From Tubulanus polymorphus (lineage: Eukaryota; Animalia; Nemertea), in the NCBI RefSeq assembly GCF_964204645.1, contig NC_134027.1, forward strand, positions 2,016,485 to 2,080,484: DNA of 64,000 nucleotides. Direction: 5' to 3'. Under the pieces are notes generated by a model, which ran no database searches, was not told the DNA's origin, and worked only from the letters and a program-made list of their open reading frames with translations. Shown here piece after piece: positions 53,109-64,000 of this stretch. Numbering within the stretch: the first letter of the stretch is position 1; the number at the start of each line of letters is the position of its first letter. Both the position numbers and the translations under genes were made by a program.

Positions 53109-55337
53109 ATATTCTTCATCTCTTCAACTTCTATCTGTGTGATGTGTTCTCATTTTCCGAAAGAACGAAATAACAAAATTCTCATTTTAACTGGATTGTA
53201 TCGATATCGATGGAATCTTTACTGATTCTTAGTCAGCAAAGTACATTGTATGCATGGTTAGGATCGTCAATCATAAATCATCTGTGATGAAAAATATCCA
53301 TGTCATGAATCAGTTTGAAATGTTGTCCGCAATAATTGTTAATGTGCTTATTTAATGATAGAGGGAGTGTAAGTGTCCGTGGTCTAATCGTGCTGAATGG
53401 TAATTGTGCATTTGCAATTCGACTAGTTTATGTTGTACATGTACATGTATATTCATTTATACAAAAAATGACTTTTAAGTTAGTTTTATTTGGCTAATGT
53501 TGGCCTTTTAAATGTAGCTAAATTTACGTGTCCTTATAGAAAAAACGACCAGACTAGGGACCCTGCATTGTTTTCCTTACACATTCCAATAATGTCGGAA
53601 AATGATTTTCTTATGTACAATTTCTCGATGAAAATATATGTAAAGAAAAGAGATGGAGAAGTAGTTGATGTATTTCGTGCTTTTGTTATAAGATGTAACT
53701 AGTTTTTTTTTTCAGTTGAAATAAATATTTAATAAATTATCGCAATCTCTTAAAAGTTTCCTTTATTTCCATGTTTTTCTCTCGCTGTTGTTTTACGCAG
53801 GACACGCTTGCTTTGAGGGTACCGGGTTCGATCTCCGATGAGTGCGCGTAATTTCAATCTCACTTCCCTAATCGTTGCAGTTGATTTCTTGTCAGCTGAA
53901 ATTATTAACTACTGTCTCTGGTCCTACGGAGCTCACTTTCTATTCAACTATCTTCACGGAATACACGGGTTTTATTTGAGTCGACTAATTCAATTAGAAT
54001 TCATCGATACAATTAGTAATCGCTTGCCAATGAAGATCAATGAGATCTTTTAATTCTTCAATCCTAGTTCATAATCTGTCAAAAGACGTTTCAAGAAATT
54101 AATTTATATATCTGTATAGGATGGATTAACTACGCGTCATAAACCTTTCGAGCTGCAATGATCTCTGAGTTGTAAGTCTTTAATTTGTAGCAATTAGTCG
54201 AATGGAAAGATCACTATTTCATCGTCGAGGACTCGTTCTAATGACTGGGTGGATTTTCTGGACAATATTTGAACGATGTGCTCGGATTAGTAACAAAACG
54301 AACGCGAAGCCACCGTACGGGGCGCCTACAGTCGTAGAAGCAATTACCTAACGGGTCTGAAAGCTGCAGGATTACCTCGAGGATATTATCATTCAGGCTT
54401 TGTCAGTAACAACACCGAAATTCGCTATCCACTTGAGTAGTTACTAAATAACATAGATTTATGGCATGAAAGGACTCGCTAGATTCGTCGCGATTACTCT
54501 TTCTCCGATCAGAAATCCACGGGTCCCTCGGGAATTTCAGTGTCTTCATGCTTGTCAGCTACGCTACTTGCCTTCTGTGTAAAATAGTTTTCAGCTTAAC
54601 AAATCAGCGTTGTCGCTGTCATGTTGATAAATCCCGCTCTATTGTGAGAATCCATCTATCTTGGGACCATTGCTAGATTGCGATGCTGGTTGCCAGTTAG
54701 GGACCTTCCTTTTCCTCCATTTTCATTTACTTGCAGATTAGTAATAAAAAGCCTTATAACTAGTATTTCTTTTTTGATCTGATAAAAGCAAAAGAATATT
54801 TCGCAAGCGATTTTTTCTTGCAATTAGCAAAATATGCTCATTAGCTTTGAATATGATCTAATTATCCTAATCACATTTTCTCGAGAGTCGCTTGGGATTG
54901 AGAGATGTTTTGCTCTCGGAAATATGATTTCTAAATTATTGTTTCACTGATGGATCAGTTGACAAATTGTCTCGACACACCATCTTTAACTGGCGAAACA
55001 TTAGCGTGATCAAAGAGGAGGGCTCCTACACAGTAACAACATCCGCCGTCACTCAGGCGTCAAGTTGCTATTAACAGCGTTGACGGGCCGGAACAAACGA
55101 TTGCGTCAACTTGAAAATGAAGTTGGGGAGTTACGACGATAGTTACCGCTCTGTTGAACATTCCGCTAGCAAATTATGCCGTTTATCCACACGGAATAAT
55201 GATGAGCTGCGCATCACCGGTGAAAAATGCAAGTTGTCAAGATTTTAGCAAATCGGCTTCATCGATGCTGCTACCTGCTGCATTCATTTCATTATGTTTT
55301 CCTCAACCGCGAATTTATGCACCAATCGATCGAGATG

Positions 55338-55503
<166 letters not shown>

Positions 55504-56298
55504 TCCTCGAAAACCGCTCACTCCATGAAACATAATACTGAGTTGTCGTGATCCCATCGAAAAGTTTCCCCTCGTGTGAGCTGTCGTTTATTCGACTCTA
55601 TCCTTATATATCATCTATGTAGCCGAAAAGCTGAATCCATCAATGGTTAGAATTAGCTGTATTTTGTTATTTCAATCCTTTTACTCGCTACTTTCGTCCA
55701 ATAAATCGACCAGTCATCTCTTCCCCTCTCCGAGGCGCGAATCCCAATGTTTATAATGGCGGCTTTCCTTTTTAATAAGAATTCCTTGTTCAGCGAAAAA
55801 ATAAAGACACAAATATTTCTTTTGAAAATATCATCTATATATTTATTTCCTCTTCTTATAATTTCATATAATATTCCATTTTAATTCAAATATATCACAT
55901 GATTACATTTAGATACGTTTATATATAATAGTTTCTTTTCTCTTCCACTCTTGTCGCATAACATATACGTTTTATAGATTTGGAATTTATTCATAGTTAG
56001 CAAAAAATCAACCACTCTTTATCGCAAACGCATAATAGACAAATCGATTTTAAATTGTAAATCAGTTTCTCACATTGAGATCAATAAGCGATATCTTCAC
56101 TAAAAACCCCGCCATCTCCCTGATATTATTGGTAATACAATCTACATCAACACACAGGGAAATAATGATGCCTTGATCATTTTTTTCATCACACATTTTT
56201 CATACTTTACGCGCCATCAACAACAATCATCAATTTGATTTTTGATATTGAAAAAGCAATGATAATTTCTCACCACCGACTGAGATAAATTCGATATC

Positions 56299-59200
56299 TT
56301 AAGAATCCACTCTTTTTACTTGATTCGGATTTAGATAAGGGTGAAATCTGTTGCCGTATAAACTAGTGTATAAGGAAGCCGGTGATGGCGCTTCCTGTCC
56401 CGCTGATACTGAAGGGTATAGCACCGATGCCGCGGAACCTAATTCGGATAGACCTATCGGATTGGAGCCAGCGGCGGCTGCGGCGGCCGCAAACGGGTGG
56501 ATAAATGTTGGTAAAGTCATCGTAGAGTTGTTTAATCCGAATAAACTGCCGTACATCGAGTAAAGGGAACGTTCACTATGGGCTCCGTACAATCCCATCA
56601 TTCTAGAACCCATCGGTCGCCACGGCGATAACGTATTTTTATGCCTTTCACTCAGTTCGCTGTTACTATTTGCGTCTCTTTCCCCTAAAAAGATTCGTTA
56701 ATGTTCGTTAATTGGACAAATAATCGTGAACAATTCATCAAATAGCTCCAACTGTCATCGTCCATTTGCTCCTTCTTGGATAAAGGAAACTGGCTGAGAG
56801 TGGGCCTGATAAGAAACTATGCTAGAACAGCCACCAAGCCAGACTGGGTCACCACACATGACCAATCACCACAGCTGACTATAGTCCCTTACAAGACAAA
56901 GCGACATTGCCATAACTCGGTGGTGTAGTGGTTAGCACGCCGGATCTGGACGATACAGGTTTCAGGTTCGAACCAACCCGATGTTCTTGGTTGATGTTGC
57001 AAGCTTTTAGTCAGTGTTTTTCCAAGATGCCTTTTCATGCGGCAAGTTATTTTTTAATGAAAAATAACTACCCCTGAAAATGCTTAGCCACGGACCTGAA
57101 GAGATTATGGTTAAGGCATTTTTTAAACTTACCAGCTTTAGCTATGGCGCTATATAGTTGTAATCGTACGTTAGGATCGGAACATTCAGCAGCCGATTCA
57201 GCGTATGACCTGAGCGGTGATCGCGCGTATGTGTGATGATGGATCAACGTCTCCATACTCTCCCTGTAATAGTTACATCATAAAAATAAAAGGAGAGGAA
57301 ATTTCGCTTCTCACAATTTGAATCTTGTCAAACGTCTGATCGCGATGTTTAACTGAAATCAAACTCACCTGGGATCCACGAATAGATGGCTGAAAAATAC
57401 AAAAAGATACGTAAATGTATTGAAACGATTCATAATGTGATTTTAACGCGAAATGATTTTCTAAGTTTTTTAAAGGGAAATTTCTATTAAATTACCGAAA
57501 TAAATGTACATAGACATGAATTCTAAGTAATTTTAAGATCACATTCCAAACGCAAATCGTGACATGAGTAGCAATGTGCCTTCTCAAACTAATCTCAAGA
57601 GTTTCTGTAGAGAGTTTTGCGTAAACATCTCCGATAAAATCCATTAATTAAAGGCGATAGTATAATAATAAAGAACTTCCAGTAATATTACTGCAGTCTA
57701 TACGATTATAAAGGTGCGAATGTCAGCCCACCCTGGTGTTTACGCTGAGGAAATTAGATAAACCGAACTGAGGTGAAAAACTGGCAAATTTAACAGTTCA
57801 GATTACCTGCCGCCCAAACCCACTTCAAACTGACATTACATGATCATTAGCAATAAATTGATTGCGCGTTCACTATCTTTGTAGTAGACAGAGAAAATAT
57901 TCTTGTTTATTACGGGAAAATATAAAGGTATTTTTGCTATCTCATTTCCCGAGTGTTTCGAACACGGATGATATTTTATCAAGATGAGAATGATGGATGG
58001 GAAACTTCGCGTTGGTATTCGGTAAACCTTATTCCACGCGAGATTTAGGGACCTTTTACGTATTTAGTTGTTTATATCGTTATTCAATTACCTTTCCATT
58101 TCGGTGAGTCTAGACGAATCTCTGAAACCTTTGGCAAATGGATTGCTGTCTATCTTAAGCTTAGTTATCTAAAACAAGAAATCGGCCACAGTTAAAGATA
58201 GAATACCCAAGTTTAAATCATCAGAATTGTAGAAGCACACACACTTACAAGTTGATTTTGATAAGCGGTTACAGCAATAAACACAGTTTCTGGAAATATG
58301 AATGTTTTGAACTCCTCTGCGTCCAAACTTTGTATATTATGTTGTCCAGAACCATTGTCTTTCTTTTTGACGATATGAATCCGAGGTTGATATTTATGCA
58401 TCGAATTCAAAATAATCTACAAGCAGAATGAATATACGATTCTGAATATACGATTTCTTTCCACCCATTTCCACGTGGATAATCATCTCACATTAATTTC
58501 TGGGACAAATTTGAACTTTCACCCGCGGTACCTCATTGCCAATCAAGTACTGTTAGCGACTGGGTAAAGGTTAAAACTAGGCCCAGGATTGCAAAGACCC
58601 CACTCTCATTATATAGTTACATTGAAAATGTCTCTTACATGACCGTGTTTGTCCATCATATTATTTGTGAGTTTTAGTTTCTCAAATGATACGGTCTGTT
58701 TTAGAAGTTGATCGCCACTATAAGGTGAATCAGGATGCATGTAGAGTCGCGTGGGTAACGGAGGATCAGCCTTGCCTGCCACTAACCACGACGAACGATG
58801 ATAAGCGTAACGATATCTCTTATTATCGACTGGAACGATATCCATGAGAACCGCGTATTTAGTATCAGCTTCAAGACCGGAGAAAGACACTCTCAATGTT
58901 GGAAACATTCGTCTGAAAATAGTTGTAAAAATGAAATTGAATGCTTAGAAAAAGAATATTTCATTAATGAAAGGATTGCTTAACTGAATATCACAATCAT
59001 TCTAATATCAAGTTTTTTCCTAATGCGCATTCCTAAAGTTTTTTAATTTAGCTATATGATCAATAGGCCCGCATTTACCGCCTAAAATATCATTCCCATC
59101 TCCTATTGGCTTAAAGTTTCGCATACGTCATCTACTCGCGGCGTGTCAATATTGCTATCAGTTTCGAATCCCGAAAATTGAAATGCACCCTTTGTCTTTA

Positions 59201-60988
59201 TTGAATGCATGCCAGCAGAGTATAGGGTGGAAACGGTGAAGGCAACATAAAAGTGTTTTTTAACGTTTTTGTAACTGCGCAATGTGACTAGCTGGCTTGT
59301 TGAACTTGGTCTTATCAGGGCAATAAGAGTTACATGTTCGTAAGGGGGATGTGTTTATAAAAACTGGTGATACGAGCGCCTGGAATCTGCTTATCACAAT
59401 AGTAACTAATCCGTGTTGTTGAGTTTTCAGACAGTTACAATTTTCAGCACAATGTTTGTCGGCTTCACACACAAAATCATCACTAGCGATCAAACACCGT
59501 TTCAAAGGATGTCAATTTGAAATAGTATAACTCCCACCTCGTATTCACCTTTGGCGATATTTTCTTTTTTTAACAATACCAGGACCACATGGATGCGCTT
59601 CAAGAAATTTATATTTTGTCCAATCTGTTGGCGGCTTAGACCAGGGCGTACGATGCACAATGTGCAGCTATTGCTCCCAACGAAAATGAATGGGGTTGAA
59701 CTCGAGGTAAACTGATTTATATTCAAAGCAAATAAAGAGGTTCCGTTTTCGCTAATGTCCATAAGTAACTTAACACCAAATCGAGGAGACTTGTGTCGAT
59801 TGAATATTTTCACCGCCAGTTTGATTGATGATTTCCTGTGTCTGAGAAAACGCTCGAACTTTTGATGTTCAAGGCGCGGACGCATTTCCCATGCAATACT
59901 CTCTGTTACAATGTATCGGCCTCGGGGCTTCTGATTCGAACTAGCTTTCACTATAACATATTTACGACCGCCAAAGGTCGCAATGAAAACGCATTAACAT
60001 GTAATTAATATAAATAATGGCCCTCCTTATCGATTTGATGGTCGATTGTGCTTTGACTGAAATAACATACAATGATTCTTATTTATCTTTAGTTATGAAA
60101 AAATACCGTGGAAGTTTAACGAAATGTACATATTAACATTCCAAAATCATCAAATCATCGCAATGAAAAACCGAAAAGATTCTCAGGAATGCGCTGTTTG
60201 ATTTTTTGTCAGTTTTATGATATAGTGACAAACAACTGAAACATGTTTTCGCTGGATGGGTTGCGAGTCCTTTCATTTGACTAATATAAATGAATACACT
60301 CGTTTTAATACGAGTAATATCGTTGCGATGTTAACAACGCAATTCCATCTTGTGTTCAATAATAGCTAACACACCCCTTTATTTTCCTCATGATCGATAC
60401 AGTAATAAATGTCAACTGTATCTATCTATAAGTCATGTAATGAATTGTTCGTTACTAACAGGTGATTTCTAACTACCTTGTTATTCGTAATACCGCTACA
60501 CAATTTCACTTGTCTCATAAATTGCCGCTATTGTAGCTCTGTCGCCACAATCTCCTATTTGTCCGTGTCTACAACAGACAGTCGTGTGTTTCTGTGGCCC
60601 CCAACTTTTGTCCCCGTCAAAAGGATGAGTTTCCGAAAACAGGCGTGGTCGACATTTGAATATACCCTTCAGTTAACCCCTATCGTAGCAAATTCCAACT
60701 CAGTCACAGCAGTGCAATGCACTGAATCAGTGGGGGATGGGACGCTTCTGCAACGACCACTTCAAAATTCCTACCTGCCAGATTTGGTGATGATCATTTC
60801 AGTTCCCAATTCGTGAAATTTGTCCCAAAGATCTTTCGTTTCTAGTTTACAGCTGATATTTGCTAGATCTTTGCTTTCCGGGATACACGGTCGTAGACTG
60901 ACTGTCGGGGAGAGGTCCTCCGGTTTTGGACTGACGCTTTTCTCACGGCTTACCTTCGGTACATTATCCGTCGTTTCGACGAGTTTAT
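56299..60988 (-). CDS. TBX20: T-box transcription factor TBX20/H15; first coding exon not found in the window
   Basis: [81 protein letters not shown] and the post-T-box motif YARSPLRSY, which is typical of TBX20. Confidence 0.93.
56916..56982 (+). mobile_element. tRNA-derived SINE-like head in the last TBX20 intron
   Basis: A box TGGTGTAGTGGTTAGCA and B box GGTTCGAACC; arms do not pair as a functional tRNA. Confidence 0.5.
57369..57389 (-). other. 21-nt candidate microexon of TBX20
   Basis: tctttttgtatttttcAG|CCATCTATTCGTGGATCCCAG|GTgagt; phase 2-2, open frame. Confidence 0.7.
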
Positions 60989-61545
60989 CTGAAAATCATT
61001 CAATTTAGAAAAAAATCATAGCATCAGTTGTTTTTCAACTCGGTATATTCATATTTTCCGATTATAACTGCGACGCCTATTACGGATAAAATACTACGAG
61101 AATTTGGGTTAGATTCAGTGTTGATCATTTTCATCTCAGTTTATTACAGAATTCACGAGATTTTATGCGTGTGGTATTTCGATGACTTAACCCCTTTATT
61201 ACGCTTCATATCAGCGGCATTGATGGCAAAATGGTTTCGTATAGTTTTATACATTTTGCGTTGATTTACGAGAGCCATCATCGGAGAATGCACAAAGCCG
61301 ACTGTGTCTAAGTTATCTACCTGCACGGATTTTCATGATTTGATGTTTATACCTCCACCCCCCGATAACGAGCATTTTCTGTTTAAAGAATCTTCTTGAA
61401 ACCTTGTTAAAACATTGGTTTATTAATGATGGCGGTAACAGCCACGTTGATGCCGCAATGAGGTGTTTGGTATACGGCTTATTTCGATACACACGGGTTT
61501 ATATTCGTTGGAGTAAGAAAGAGTTTGAAAGTTCCAAGTTCACTA

Positions 61546-61752
<207 letters not shown>

Positions 61753-64000
61753 AACCTAATAAAATAACCGCGTTATTGCACACAGAAGGCAAAGATATAA
61801 TTATCTGATGCAGCTTTTTAATTCAATGAATATCTTAGAAGTCGAAATAAACAAAAAATGATTTTTAGTGAGGGAGCAAGTCTGGCAATCAAGCCTTTTG
61901 AAGAATCAAATCACCTGCCTTATGTTAAGTTTGAAGTTCACCACCCAAATACAACCAGAAGGAAGTAATCTATGTATCAATTTTCATATATGAGATTTGG
62001 TTATGGTGAATTCGCGTGTGTCGGGATTGATAACAGTTATCGAATACTCAGCTGGGGACATTCATGATTCCCATTATTCAACTATTTTTTATAGGAATTT
62101 CTTACCCCCAGCCGTGTTTTGGATTTAGTGGTCTCGCGTTGACTGACTTCAAAACGCGATATCGTATAAATGTCGACTTTCCATTTCGAAAATTTCGAAT
62201 GGCACTGGCAGGCGGGTATGACCCAGACGGTTGTTCTAGAGGGGACAGATTTTTAAGACTTTTTCCATATAAAATAATCAGATTACTTGTTGATTAACGA
62301 GTGTGAATTGGCGTTGAATAAACATTTGAAATTTCACACACCATCCGAGTATAAGATCATAGTCTGCAAGTATATTTATGAGCCGCCGAAGAGGTTACGC
62401 AAATTGCGAAAAACAACATCGAACAGACTCGAGTTTGATCGGGGATATCAGCGTATAGCTGACGAAAGGCCATTAAAACAATAATGCAGACAATTATTTA
62501 CGAACGATAGGTCAGCTCCGGTTCAATTTGCAGTCGAAATATTCCATTCGCTGTCGACATTCAGTGACAAATCGTGTCGGAGAACCAAATGGAATCGCTT
62601 CCGCGAAAATCAGTGGTGATGATTTGCACTCACTTTATCTAAGTACAATATAATACGGCTAATTTTACGCACTTATTTGGTTTAGAAACGATGTGCGTGG
62701 TAAAGAGTATGTTTTTGTTTAGGTCCAAAATAATGAGTGTATAGTACATCAAAATTCAATTTCCACATTCGTGTTTATAAATAGTTGTTACAATTGATGC
62801 GAGTGTTGACGGTGTAAAAATTCGACACCATTTTTCGGTTGAAACCGTTGCGCACGATCTTTCAGGCAATGTACGTGACCACACACGAAATGTCACAATT
62901 TTTGTGTGATGAATGTATCATCAATCACGCCATCAACAATTTTGTATGAAAAAAGCCCCCTTGACAAAAGGATTTCCAGACGTTCTTTACACAACGAAGA
63001 CGTGGGACAGGTCAGTTTTTAAATCAACCTGCTTTCAACCTCAATACATATTTGATCAGGAAATCGAGGTAGAAATTCAAATGCTCGACTGTCCATGAAA
63101 TTTGGAACTGTTGATACAGACCGTTACAGTCTTGCAGCCAAAAATATAAACTGATTTGAATGTGTGTTTATGGCAGTTTTAGTAAGGTTTCTGTAAGGAT
63201 TTTCCCGGTATTACTGTGTCTGTACACCTGCTATTACCAGACAAACGAGTTTGTTTGTAAACATCTCTGTAACAGTGTGCTTAGAAACTTTTTTGAAAGT
63301 TTGACAATCAGAGGTCAATGCGGATGACGGATGAGTCTGGTGATTGGTCGAGTCGTAAAGCAGTTAAATAGTGATTATTGAACAAGTCTGACGGCAGTTT
63401 AAGTCGATTAAAATGAGGGTTTGTTGACAGTAAACTGCGCTCTAAACAAAACATTGCAACCAGAAAGAATAGCTTTGCTGATTGTGTCGTAAAATATCGG
63501 GCCACCATGCTGTTGTTACTAAGTCAATTGAGTTCACACTTCTGGGTGCGAAGTCTACGTACGGCAACTAAAACTGACAAATTATTATGAAAAGTTCAGA
63601 TTCTTGCAGAAAATGGCTTCTCAGTTTTTTGCGCTTGACAACAAGAAAAAAATAACCAGACTGATAAAGGTTTTCATCTCTACTGCACAGTGCACGGTAC
63701 GGTGCACGGTGCACGGTGTGGTGCATACTCAGTGGATAACTATCTAATAAATGTAAAAGTTCCGTTCGTCCGGTTGAGAAATATAAAAAAAAATCTGTTT
63801 TGTCCTCGTGACTAAGCGATAATCCCATCATTTGCATATTTCGATTAGCGATCGTATAACAGATAACAATCGCTGACCCTGACCATACGCAAAATTCGGC
63901 TGCTAAAAACCGTATCGACGGAAAATTACGAAACCTTCCTCTTCGAGTTATTCTTTAGATTACTTTCCAAATTATAGACGTGAGTTTTAAGCGTTATTCG

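Noticed and set aside
56916-56982. Possible tRNA genes here and at 29876-29946, about 39070-39130 and about 53800-53840
   Set aside because: A/B boxes only; acceptor and anticodon stems do not pair convincingly, so they are treated as SINE-like relics.
59260-59951. 149-aa and 81-aa minus-strand ORFs in a TBX20 intron
   Set aside because: No motif, non-ATG starts, and the T-box is continuous without them.

Overview
AT-rich, intron-dense animal DNA from an invertebrate bilaterian; the taxon cannot be fixed from sequence alone. I assembled 12 spliced protein-coding genes by hand. In order: a PIERCE (C9orf116/C15orf65-family) ciliary gene (-), ATXN10 (+), Wnt7 (+), a CUB-LDLa single-pass membrane protein (-), three tandem SLC17-family transporters (-), IMPACT (+), SIRT5 (-), TEX264 (+), DCAF11 (-), an inositol monophosphatase (+) and a 5'-truncated TBX20 (-). 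MITEs, tRNA-derived SINE-like heads and two long (TA)n tracts are interspersed. The most interesting observation is that the single PIERCE locus carries a PIERCE1-type N-terminal exon and a separate PIERCE2-type exon (CYNPGNPVFTC), both in frame with a shared core, so one gene may supply both microtubule-piercing proteins. Also notable: a U12-type intron in ATXN10, a 21-nt frame-preserving microexon in TBX20, a chimeric SLC17 cluster lacking the conserved TM4 glutamate, and ATXN10-Wnt7 linkage. Gene names come from remembered family motifs, not database searches, and no splice junction is verified by RNA data.
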